From positions 248,001 through 312,000 of the forward strand of contig JAQGDQ010000246.1 of assembly GCA_030141605.1 (NCBI GenBank): a stretch of DNA of 64,000 nucleotides. The letters are read 5' to 3'. The first letter of the stretch is position 1. Each line of letters begins with the position of its first letter. The position numbers and the translations under genes are program-made. Below are positions 1 to 12,759 of the stretch, one piece after another. Below the pieces are notes generated by a model. That model was not told where the DNA came from. It saw only the letters and a program-made list of their open reading frames with translations, and made no database searches. Origin of the DNA: Tubiluchus corallicola (lineage: Eukaryota > Animalia > Priapulida).

Positions 1-198
1 ACTTAATTAGGTCAGTAAGCACATAGCAGGCAGTGCAACATCATATATGCGTAACAACCAAATGAATCTTAAACATAATGAGATTTATTAAGAATTTATC
101 AACTTGCTAAACGGTTGATTAAACATGTAAAAATATAATTTTTAGACTTTCTTGGCCATATGAAATTATTCTCCCACATGCGTGTTTATAATTTCCAG

Positions 199-1625
199 TT
201 TTACATCATTATGAATGTTGCTGTTGGAGGCACAAATGGCTTCTTCCCGGACGAAGAATCAGGTGCTGTTAATAATCCTTTCCCAAAACCATGGAATAAT
301 TGGGATCAAGATGCACCAAAGAAATTCTGGGACAGAGTAAGTCAATATATGGTCCTTCAAACTTTACAGTGAGCTGGGCAAAAGTTTCAGTCTGTAATTT
401 GACTTTTGTAGAAGTATTTTGTAACACCTCAATTGACTAGTTTTCATTCACATCTGTGTTTATGTTTATGAGGTTTATATTCAGTTATTTTATTCGGCTC
501 CATTCCATCAATTTCTCAACATCTTCTCAAAGTAGGGCCAAAACTGCTTTCTGCATCATTAGTGAGGTAGAAACCAAACAGTGGGAGTTGGAATAGAGGC
601 ACTAGTACCAGGCACCCCGCAAGGATATCTTAAAGATGACAGTTATGACAATGTGATTTCAAGTGTCAGCGAGGAAGTTTGAGATGACAAGGGACAAAAA
701 GATACAATTTAGTAACTGATTGGTTTGAAGTGTCTGTCGAGACAATACTCTGTTGGTTATAGTACAAGCTTTTTCAAGAAGAACCTGTTTAGATTTTCAC
801 TCGTCTTCCACCCGATTGGTTCATATAAGTTGCTGCTGGTTTGTATAGCAAGTTATTTCGTTGTTGGGTTTTAGGTCTCGCTCAAGATTTGTGATGGATA
901 CATCATAGGACAAAAGTGTGAATATTGGTAAAATAAACATTTTTACTACAGGTGCTAAAATGTTAGGACTCGTAGGAGTATATATTACTGGTTGAACATT
1001 CATCTTAAAATAGAGTTTTAAATTTGAACAGAACGAACTTGGGAAGATCCACCAATATCTTTTTGGTAGGGGTGAGCATTCTCTATCAGAAAGTCGGCTA
1101 TAAAACTCAAAAAACAATTTTCGAATCATTAATAAAAATCAGTCTCGCAAATATCATGCATATTATATGATTTTGTTCTGCGGTAAAAACACCAATAACT
1201 TGTTTAACAATTGTGCACAGAAATCGCATCTTAAATGTACTGATTGCATGATGTTATAAACGTTTTAATTTTATAAAGAATGTATGTAGTTGAAGTAGTG
1301 AATTATTCGAATCCGTAATTTTAGATTCGAATTGAATTCGAATTAAAAATCTCGTTCGAATCGAGTAGTAAATACTGAATAGCTGATAAGAAGTCCAAAT
1401 ACCATTCGAAGCTATTAAATTGCCATTAAAGAAGCAGCTGAAACCCTATTCAAAAGGACTGGGCGGTGAAATAATGCTGATATTGTTTATTAACTATAGA
1501 AAGACTGGTGGCTACCTGGATGGACAGAAGATGGCAAATCTCATTACAACAGTCCAATAAGCGATGCTGCCGCTATGAAGGTTGATTATGTTAGAGTCTG
1601 GAAGATGCAAAGTCCCGAAGAATAA
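199..1625 (+). CDS. GH16 beta-1,3-glucanase / beta-glucan-binding protein (LGBP/GNBP-type), last two exons (199-336, 1500-1625); 5' part lies outside the window
   Basis: ttccag|TTT acceptor; FYIIMNVAVGGTNGFFPD...KPWNN...KFWDR|gtaagt; second exon tatag|KDWWLPGW...AAMKVDYVRVWKMQSPEE*. These are C-terminal motifs of animal GH16 glucanases. Exon lengths (138 and 126 nt) equal those of the paralog downstream. Confidence 0.93.
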
Positions 1626-3705
1626 ATTACGAAACGATTGTTATTGTTAAAATTATTATTATTTTCACAAAGATTGCTGTAATCAAAAATCTGACACTAT
1701 TTCAATTTTAATAATGGTTACTGACATCGGATCTAGCGTAACATGACATGTAATATGACTGAAGACTACATGGTTCCGTCTTAAACTTTTTTCTGAACAT
1801 CGACGAGTCTAAAACATAGACTTATTAAAAACTAGTCACGTACTCGCAAACGTACGTATTACGCGTATTATTTAAACAGCATCTTTATATGTCATTAAAA
1901 TTTTGGGAAATCTTTGCTATTTGTAGTACATGAATTCTATTAAAAAGCATTGTAAGATGTCTTTATTGTTCAATATGCTTATAATTATGTATTTGAATGA
2001 TCACATTAAAATGTTGATAAGGTCAAAAAATAATTAAGTGTTTTAACGCTTGATTTCTATAAACGCTTTATAATTTCAAGAGTGAATATACTCTTCGGAC
2101 TGTAGTTGAGAAAAACTTAATAGTGAAACTAAAAGCCTAAAAGCAAATGAACAAGTAGACAGACAAGCAAAACACCAAAAGTTAAAAAACCACAGAATAT
2201 TATTAAAATGTGGACGAACAGTGGATGAGTGAGAGAAAATGATTAGTTTTCAAAAAGTAAACATTTGAGATAGATATAATGCGGCAAGATCCAAAGTTTC
2301 GAAATCATGGTTTACGGGTATTTAACAAGACGAAACTTTTCTTGCGAATTTCGGAATAATATTAGTGATATTACTGCTACTGCTGCTGCTACTGTTACCA
2401 TTAACGCCACCGAAACCGCCGCCGCTATCGCCACTGCCACCAACATGAATTTGTAGCAACCCTAATTTCTCGATTGAATTAATATTAATACTAGGGCTGT
2501 AACTAAGTAGTGACCTTATCAGGTCTATATCATATAATATTTTGTAATTATATATGTTCTACAAACATCAGATATAAAGCATCTACGCGAGAACTACAAA
2601 TTTCAATTATCGCTGCCGTTAAGACATTCAAAAGTCGCACAAAAAATACAGTTAAGTTTATGCTGGTCAAGCGATGTTCAGTTTCCTAATTTGTAATCCT
2701 CGCTTATTTGATTAGCGAACATTCTTACCACAGAAAATGTTAACTTAATAACTTTATTATAAATTATATGTACACAAATGTTAGTTAGCATTTAATATTT
2801 TAAATACATGTAGTATCAAATAGGTAGTACAAAAAATAAGAATTTGGTGGCCAAAATATTCGTGGTATAAGCAAACTTTTAAAATGTACATGAAAACCCG
2901 GTCCATATAGGACATTTTTGTTTTGTGCAATGCCTGCGCTTGGCAGTGGTGAAATTAAGACACCACAAAACAAGATTGTGTTGGAGAATTTAAAATTCGC
3001 TAAATATACACGAGACACATCATGAAACCCAACCAAAAAATCGAAAAGTTTTGTCAGCGAATAATCGACGTCCAAGTGTGTTTTTCAGTACTGCAGAGTT
3101 GAACAGAACTGGAACGCAAAGTTTGCAATAACAAAAGTGCAAAACATGAATGACGAATGTTTTTCTTTACATCCCAGAATCGCACTTATTTGAAATGTAC
3201 AACAATCAGTGGATGCAAGTGTTCGCAAGAAGAGTCTGCAAAAAACAATTTTATTTTTGTTTTCTACAACTTGATAGTTGGCCCTCGCTTGAGTTAAATC
3301 GTGTCCTTGAGGAATTCCTTTGTGAACGATTGAACGTCAAAGTTTAGTAGTGTTAAGCAATTTTATTATATATTGGCATTAATCTATTGTGGTTGTCGAT
3401 TAAGCTAAAATAAATCAGATAATAAAGTTATACGCTTACACTACTCAAAACTGACATTACATTCACCTGTTTGTACATTCCTAAAGACGTCATTTCGTAC
3501 TCTGGTATGACAAGTATTTGCGCTACGTATGTACATGCTGTCACAAGCCCAGATGTGCCATAACATAACGAAAGTGGACAACACAAAATAGATACACATG
3601 CCTGGTGTCAAATCAAGAGTGGACATAATATACCCACCTGTTGATATTCACAATGATATCAAGATTTTCTTAAACATTATATTTACACAACTTGGGCAAG
3701 CCTCA

Positions 3706-3778
3706 TATAAATAGTGACAGTCCACTTAGCCCAGACTATTTCATCTAATGAAGCCAATGTGAACGAACGTTCATTAAG
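3706..3778 (+). promoter_or_regulatory. Putative TATA box and non-coding first exon of the second GH16 gene
   Basis: TATAAATA at 3706-3713 and donor AAG|gtaacg at 3779. The start ATG (4681) sits directly after the acceptor ttttag, which calls for an upstream exon. Confidence 0.5.
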
Positions 3779-3937
3779 GTAACGTATTTTTTGCATTATT
3801 AAACAGTTTATTTATAATACTACTAAATATAGCCTTAGTTTTTATCTAGGCCTATTTAATTAGCAAGTAGAAAAATTGTTACGAGTTCTTTATTATATAA
3901 AATTAAGTTTACAGCTAAGTGCGTTTATTCATGCTGC

Positions 3938-4042
<105 letters not shown>

Positions 4043-4680
4043 GATAAGTGTGGTAGTTTCACTCTTAAATATTGCATTTTACTCCCGATTGTTCTGAGAA
4101 AAAAATTAAGAAATTCACTTTTATTATTTATTTTTAATAAATCACCCTTATTAGGGCAATATCTGCTGTATAATGCCAACGTTTCGCAAAAGAGCGTTAT
4201 TTGAGCTTGAAAATTGAAGGGACATTTATTACAAGCAGGTGATACTGCCGAGTGGTCAAAAATGCTCATTTCATTATTTAATGTCACAGAAACCGGAGTC
4301 TGCAGCCACTGGTAACAAAAGCCTACTATATGTAAGAGACGCGTAATATATGCAATATCAGATATTACCAGTAGAGTTAGTAACAGAATAATAATTCTCA
4401 AGTGTTGATATATCATGTTTTTAGTTTGATTTATAAACACGCAATTAATTAATGTCAGATATTACTTGAACAACTGAAAACAGGAAAATACGGAATGCAG
4501 CCTAGATGTGAATCAGAGACCTTCTGCTCAGGTCACAAGGCGACAGAGGCCGCTTTAAGTCTAACACTAGGTTTCCAAATTTTTCACATTTCATGTCTTT
4601 CAAGTTTAATATCAAAATTTAATTAATTGTTAGTTTGTAAAATGCACTAAAATGATAATAATACACTATTTCTATTTTAG

Positions 4681-5406
4681 ATGAAGTCTGTTTTGATTGT
4701 TCTTTTCGCTAGTTTGACGCTAATAAACGGAAAAGCATGTAAGTATTCTTCATCATCTTAACTGTCTCTTGCCTCTTCCCCCCTCTTTTTCTCTCTCTAC
4801 CAATTACTAACTTCGCAGATAATCACTCACCATGACCACTAGACTGTCTCCCTTGGCCCATTTGCACACGCTTAAATATGCTGGGAAAAAAGAATCAATA
4901 GATGTTCTATTGCATCTCTCATCAAGAAGGCTGGCGTTTCACAAGTCTTAGCAGTTAACTAGAGAGAGGGTATATGTGTGCAAAAACACCACCAGGCAAG
5001 TGTCATCGAATTTTCATTTATAGCTTTGTCTATCTCAGTCATTTTTGAAAGCACTAACACTCACTGGTTGTTCTTCTGTCGTGCTGAAAATATGGTTTCA
5101 TTCGCAAGCATCTCTAGAAACGAACTCAATTGCTGATCGCTGATGATGGTGATGATAATGTTTCACGCTTTGCAGGGTTTATTTGGCAAGCGAGCAAATG
5201 TTATTTCTTGAGTTTTATTTAGTGGTGTGAACAAGTTTCGAGGTTTATGTAGTTTATGAAAGAACTACATTGCGCTCCTGATTTTGGAAGAGGTCGACGA
5301 ACCGTAATTTCAGTAGAAACGGCATGATTTCCTTGCGTTTGTATGAGTAGTATCATGTTGTCCATCGGATGAGCAGCCTGCTAGGAGGAACGCCACTACG
5401 TATCTG

Positions 5407-5479
<73 letters not shown>

Positions 5480-8400
5480 TACTCATCATCTTTCGTTTTT
5501 TGCAACATCGTGCTACTGTATAGCACGAAAAATGTTGATGTAGTATGTGGTAAAAAACTGGGCTCTGGACGTTGCATTTATCAAGTGCTTGTGTATTTTA
5601 GACAGCGTACTTAAAAATCTATATTGAAGTTGCAGGATTTGTTTTTTCAAAATTTATTTATATTCAATGCAATAAATTATCAATTCAGTACCATGAATAA
5701 GGACAAAAAGCAATGTCGATATCGACAAAAGTCAGTCCGTATTGGTAACAGTGAACACTTCTACATGCGTCAAAGACTGTACACGGCAATTCGTTTGCAT
5801 TGATTTCAAAAGTACTGTTTACAAGCTCGCAGTCAAATGAACATCAGTTAGCACCGTGTGCAATCAAATGTCAATGTTTTAGTTACTTAGAAACCAGGTC
5901 GCATGTTTGCCGGTTTAACCAGATTTTTTTTGCTGTATCGTTCGGTACTTAAAACAAAGCTCTGACAAAGTTCTGATAAAGGTGTCAAACATTAAACAGC
6001 TTGTTGCATTATTGAAAAGGCATCGTGGCTTACCATTTTTTTTCTATTTGCACTAAACACAGAATATACCAAGTTACTAAATTGCCAAATGTAATAATTT
6101 TTATTAAAACAATGGTAATAATAATAAGAAGAAATTTTAGCAATAGAAGCATTTAAAAGCAAAATATGAATGCAGAAAATATCTATTTGTCGCATTAATT
6201 TTAATTCAAACTGTTGAATAAGTTTTATTACAAACTTACAGTTATCAAGAAACCTTCAGAATGCACGACGTTTCCGTGTTTGATTTTTGAAGACAATTTT
6301 GATGAGCTGGACACGGACACATGGGAACACGAAATAACCCTGGCTGGAGGAAGAGTAAGAAAACAAAAATATTTAGATTTTTATAAGCTCAATAAAATGT
6401 ACTATATTAACTTATATACTTTGGAAGGCTTAAGTTAGTGTGCTGGGAAGCTGATAAACTACATCGAAAGCGAAAAATAACGTTTAGCTGAAAATAATAA
6501 GTGCATAGCACACCTGACTTTAGAATCTATGAATGAGTGCAACAAATTATTATTGTTGTTTAAGAAAACATGATATCTGTGATAATAATTATGATATTAT
6601 TTATGCTTTCTTTTTAGAACTGGGAATTTCAGGTATACCATAACAACAGAACAAACAGTTTTACAAAAGATGGATTGCTGTATATTAAACCGGTACGTAA
6701 ATGGTTAAAGTAACCATTGGGGCAACTGCCCTGCGAAGATAGATAGATACATAAGATAATTACGAGCATGATACTGGCATTCTACTTTTTCGATATGTTC
6801 TTAGCTACTTCTGTGGAATATATATGTCATTTGAACAAATATTAATTGAGTTTTTTTTGGTTATTCTAATATTTATACTTAGGATTTGCTGATACTGCAT
6901 TATTACATAGCATTTGCTAATTATTTTCATTTAATTCAATTCGTTTGTCCTTTCTTTCGTTTTCCGTTCCGTCGCCCGTGCGTTTGTTTTCTTGCTAACT
7001 GTTTGTTGATTTGATTTGTTGGCTGTCTTCTTTATCCAGTGTTTCGTCTCTTATTTGTTCAGTCGTCTGCTTGTTTATTTGATCACTAGTTCTCTCTTTC
7101 ATTTCTTATTAGTTAGTTTGTGCATCGCCAGTTTTGTCCATTTATTTATTCTCTTGCTTAGAATCTCATTCATTCATTTTCAATAATTATTTTGTTTGTC
7201 TAATCTGTTAGTTAATTCATGCGTCTTGCTTTCTCCTTCATTTGGTCCGCGATCGCTTTCCATTTCCTGGTTTGACTATCGTAAAGTTTTCTGTTATATT
7301 TATTTGTCATTAATCACCTTTTTGCATTTTATTGATTTGCGTCTTAGAATCAATTGGAAGACAAACATGGAGAATTTGCTACCAGAAGAATGACATTAAA
7401 TCTATGGGGTATGAATGGGATTGGTGACGTATGTACGTCAAATGCCGACTGGGGGTGTGAACGCGTTGGAACCGACACCAATTACTTAAACCCGATCCAA
7501 TCGGCTAGGTTGCGATCTCTAAATTCCTTTTCTTTTAAGTATGGAGCTATCGAAGTGCGTGCGCAAATGCCTTACGGAGATTGGCTTTGGCCAGGTATCT
7601 TACTTTTACGTCCCTGTTTAACTTGCTATAAACATTGTATGGTAAGGTTGTTGGTGAAAATACACGGCTGAACAGATATACCGAGTTTACAAGAATCACT
7701 GGGTGATGTTGGGATCAGTAAAAATTACAACAGTCTTACGTCTACTGCACCCGTAATTTACCTACGTTGGGACTATACATGTTTTTCATAAAAACGGTGC
7801 CAATGCCCATGTCTGTCAGCGTATTGCTTTACTTTCTTTCCCCACTGAAAAAGCACGCCGTGATTCAGAGCATTTAATTTAAACCAATAGACTAGTTATG
7901 GATTAACAATTTACAGTGCTTGCATTGACAACTGTTTTAGGAATTTTAAAATTTGTTTTAGAAATATTGTTAAAAGGATGAATTTTTAGAAAAAAATTAA
8001 ATTAAACGTCATGAAATCAGCTACAAATCTTGTTCCAGAACCGCTACTGCAAGTCGTGTTTGGTCAGCTTTGGGCAAGCATTACTTCCACTTTGTTTGTT
8101 GAAGAAGCAACTTTGGTTGTTTGGTTGTTGAGCGGCTTGGGCCGCTATATCCTTTACTCCATATAAGCTAGATTTCAAAATCAGTAAAACATTGTGATCA
8201 CCATTTACTTCTTCATGAAGATTTCTTTGTTAGTCAGTTGATATCACCAGTAGACATAAATATTAAATGTTTCAGCAATATGGCTTCTTCCCAAGGGTTG
8301 GCCATACGGTCAGTGGCCAGCTTCTGGAGAAATTGACCTTGTTGAGAGCAGAGGTAAGCTAACAAAATGGTTATTCTATATGTTTTTTAAGTTTTTTGCT

Positions 8401-11291
8401 TAATGAAAAATTTTTCAACTACTAATTCGGTTTCAGTAAGATAAAATGCCTTAAAAAATGAAAGCATGAGTATGCAGACAGAGGGATGTTGATTCATCAT
8501 TGTCACTTTTTTCTCATTGTCATCCTTATTCACGTCATTTTTGTCATCGTCATTTTTGACCCTCGTTGTTTTTGTTTTCATCAGAAAAACAGAATGAACA
8601 TCATCATGCTCATTTTTGTCATTTTCGTCATATTACCAATCATTGAAAAGCGCTATCCTTGTTATTACTGTCGCAGTCCTCATTGTCTCAGTTTTTGCTG
8701 CCATTTCATCGTCATTTTCATCTGATTAACATCTTCATTCAGTTGCCAATAATCTTGTCATCTTTTAAGTTACCATTGTTGTGTATCAATCGCAGCCAAA
8801 ATCGTCACCTTTCATCTTTGTCAGGTTATTCGTCATCCTTGATTCCATCTCCATTGTTATCATTAGTTGTCCCAACAACATTGCTCGCTGTCAGAAGCGT
8901 CAGTCAATCAATTTGAATCAATGAGATAGAAATAACGTGGATGTGGATATTTACACTGTGTGATCTATACTGTTCGCTGTTTCTGTGTAGCAAACCATGA
9001 TTTAAATTCAGATATAGTAGAAGAAAAAGCGTTGTCTAAATAATTATTATATTCACTGAATTATTTGTAAAAATTATGTCTAAATTATTTATGTATTACA
9101 AATATATTTAGCTGTCTAACTACATACAATGATATAATTCATACATACATAAAAGGTGCTTAAACTAATAGTCCAACACAGTATTATGAAAACGAATTTG
9201 CCTGCCGAATGTGATTGGAAGGTAGAGGAGTTTATTTCTGAATATTAAAAAAATAGTACATATATTTGACGAATTTTGTCAATTTTTGACTGCTCCATAA
9301 TCTCTTCTTCTTTCCTATCTAGGCAATGAAAATTATCGTTATCATGACGGCGAGTCTATTGGTTGTGACACTGCAGGTTCAACTTTACACTTTGGACCAT
9401 TCTGGCCAGAAAATGGTTACGATAAGGCGCATGCTTCATAGTACGCAATGAAATATTTTCAATATAATATTTTTATTTTAATCAATAATAATTAACAAAC
9501 TAAGACAAATATCAAATTTCATACCCGTCTATATTCAAACATTTAAGCCATTAAAACGAAATGTTTAATGCATTGTGAAGTGTTTTTAAAGTGTATTAAA
9601 ATAATACAGTACACTTTTTGGAATTTTAGTAAATCGGTTATTGCAGAACCGTCACTGTAAAAGTTAACGTGAAACCTAAAACAAAGAAATTATACCATGG
9701 ATTCACAAAGTCAACCTTAGCAATAATCACCTCATGTTTTGAGATTACATTTTAGCAATAATCATATTGGATTTTACTTATTGAACCTTGACAATCATGA
9801 TCACTTTTGCAGGTTTGCGTACTTTGACAATGACGGCGATGAATCGGCGAAACATTGGAAATAAAATTTAAAATATCAGTAATTATGCGGGCCCAGGGAA
9901 CATTTTTGTCAAAGAGCTTTTCACCTTTTACATTAGAAATGAAATGGCCAATCGCATAAATGAGTAAGCGATTGAATAGATGAATGAATGAACGAACAAA
10001 CGAACAAGTGAACGGACGGACAAAAATAAACATTGTTTCTTCTTACAGTAAAGCAAGCAGTGGAACATTTGCCAACAAAATGCATACATTCAGACTTGAA
10101 TGGACTTCTGAAGAAATGAAGTAAGTAACTAAACAACCTTCTTTTTAATAACTATTCATCTTCCCTTGTAGTCAAGTGTAATTTAAACAGTTATTCTGGT
10201 TTCTGAGCTGTTTGTTAAAGATGAAGCGCCCATAAATTGAATTTAGTGAATTACTGTAGCTGAAGAAATCACATTTGTGCTAACTACAAAATAATTTTTT
10301 TTTATGATTTAGTTGGTATGTGGATGGTGAACACAAGCTGAAGGTTGATCCAGGTTCAGGTGGCTTCTGGAAATATGGCGGCTGGGCAGACAAGTACAGC
10401 AACAACCCATACATGACTAACCCGTGGTCAGAAGGAGAAAAACTGGCTCCATTCGACAAAGAGGTATTTTACTATCAAACTGTACTAAATAAGCAATTGG
10501 ACAAGATTTACATAATGCCTGCTAGCGCTGCTTATTTTCTATTAGAAGTGGCAGACCGCACACATAAAAAACTTACCTGCTACTGTCTTTTTTTCAGTTT
10601 TACGTCATTATGAACGTTGCAGTTGGTGGAGTAAATGGTTATTTTCCAGATGAAAGTGATGGCGTATTCAACAGACCTTATCCAAAACCATGGCTAAATA
10701 CTGATACAATCGCCCCAAAACTATTTTGGGATAAGGTAGACTCCTAATATATAGTCACATGTAGTAAGAGTAGTGAAGGTGTAGAGACTAAATTACGCAA
10801 CATTAATTACACTGTAAAGATGCTTTATGAACATAAAGACGCTCATTAATGTGTTTCCTAGTTAAAAACTTTTTTCGATTTTATGATACCGACAACCTTA
10901 GTACTTATTGCATAACTTATGTAACAAATTCCTTGTTAGTTTCGTTTTTAGTTCAGGTGAGTTGATCCAACATGTACTCACAAATGCTCGAACTGTAATT
11001 TTGTCTTTCTTTCGGAGTGCTATACTTCTAAACTAAATAGACCTTGGGATCAGGGAAAAGTACTCATAAGGAAGAAGAAATTATACTACAGTTATTTATA
11101 CAGTAACCGGAGCTTTTATATATTTTAAGCGTGTCTCTACAAAATTTTGTGCATTCCTTATTTAGAGAGAACATTGGCTACATCAGTGGACTGAAGATGG
11201 CGGTTATAAGTACAACAGCCCAATAAAAGATACCACAGCTATGAAAGTCGACTACGTCAGAGTCTGGAAACAAAACAATCAAGAAGAGTAA
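4681..11291 (+). CDS. Secreted GH16 endo-beta-1,3-glucanase / LGBP-like protein, 391 aa; exons 4681-4738, 6242-6354, 6618-6692, 7348-7594, 8276-8353, 9323-9440, 10049-10120, 10313-10463, 10598-10735, 11166-11291
   Basis: All introns GT-AG and phase-consistent (1176 nt total). Signal peptide MKSVLIVLFASLTLING. Motifs LIFEDNFD, NWEFQVY, NPIQSARL, GDWLWPAIWLLP, WPASGEIDLVESRG (catalytic ExDxxE), NVAVGG, MKVDYVRVW. Confidence 0.95.
5409..5474. repeat. (CT)n microsatellite
   Basis: Seen directly; lies in a GH16 intron. Confidence 0.97.
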
Positions 11292-12042
11292 AATGTGCTA
11301 ATAGTAATCAAAAGTGAAACTGCAAGTTAAACATCAATACGGTGGCTTCGAAATTTATGTATTTTATAATAATTGTATGTTCTTCACAGAGTGTGTGAGC
11401 ATATGACTAGAATACTTATTATACGTAGACCTATCTGTTCTACGTATCAATCACTAGCAGCTAAAAATTCCACTTGTTCCACTTGGCTTACAACCGTGGA
11501 GAACACGTATGGGCTAATATTCTGATCACGAATCAATGAATGTGCATATAAGACAACTTCTTTTAGTTAATTTAATAATAAAATTTATATTGTTTTAAAT
11601 TTTTTTATTACCTTTATTAAAATGTCGGTCATTAAAATGATCTATAATAATAATAATAGTGGTGAGTTGTTAACAAAAATGACAATTCCGACATTTAATA
11701 GCGAATATAATGATGCAGAAGAGGAGAAACAATGTTGACGAACACATCACATGCTACCACAATGATAATAGTTGAGATAATTTCACTTTTGGTGATGATA
11801 TTGCTGTCATTTTTGCTAGTGTATCTCATCAAAGAATAAGTCGTTTGAAAATGAGGTAGCGATTAAAATAAAACAGAAAAAACAAACAAATAAAAATACG
11901 TTTTACTGGTGAATGGTGTAAGGATTTTAAGTAATAGAGAAATGTAGACAAAAAGGCTAAACTGAGTGAATAGCAACAAAACACAAAGTGAGGGTGAATG
12001 AGGGCATGATGAATGGAGGAGGCGCATGGAACTCAGACAACA

Positions 12043-12213
12043 GCAATATCCAATTTTATTTATGTTTCTGCATACGTTTCTTTGCCCTAAAGGCCGTATC
12101 TCATTTATCCACCCCTCCCCCATTTTTTCCGCAATATCCAATTTTGTTTCTGTTTCTGCATATGTTTCTTTGCCCTAAAGGCCGTATCTCATTTATCCAC
12201 CCCCCCCCATTTT
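12043..12213. repeat. Tandem duplication, two copies of an 88-bp unit
   Basis: gcaatatccaattt...tttctgcata.gtttctttgccctaaaggccgtatctcatttatccacccc starts at 12043 and again at 12131. Confidence 0.92.
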
Positions 12214-12759
12214 GTTCCTCAGCCTGTGACTGTCTTGCTTTCTCTGCACATTTGTGTTCGTTTTTTTCACTGTCGCAGGACTAACACAGGAGTACCACAA
12301 ATTGAGAGGTTCCATCGACAATAGTAGAACATTTTTTACATTTTTATAACTATAACCAACGCCCAATCCAATCACTATCTTAATTAAATTATGGGGGTTG
12401 ATGATTTGGACTAGACTGGTAATGGTTACGGTTATATTTTGTAAAAAAGTGTATAATTTCACACTGCTGTCGGTGAACAATAAAACTTAACTCACGTAGA
12501 CTCGCACCCAGGTCCTAAACTTTGGATAGAAGAACTAGTCGGTGGAAGAAGCATAATTATAACGAAATTCTTTGATTTGCAAAGAATCAAAATCATATCA
12601 TTACTTTTGACAGTTGTAGCAGCACAATCAAAGATCAAAGTGACATTATGATAGAGTCAGATAGTTAATGACGCACAAAAAAACAGCACATAACAGAGAT
12701 GAGCAAGTAGGAAAAACAATAAATAATTATTGTAATATTACAATAATTGAAATTTGCAT

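Noticed and set aside
365-1400. Tc1-like end (TACAGTGAG..GGCAAAAGT), TTCGAA-rich cluster at 1300-1370, and ORF 821-1129
   Set aside because: No matching opposite terminus or transposase motif could be identified; probably old TE debris.
8387-8916. Overlapping His/Ile/Ser-rich ORFs
   Set aside because: Degenerate (TCA)n low-complexity intron sequence; the GH16 exon chain is complete without them.
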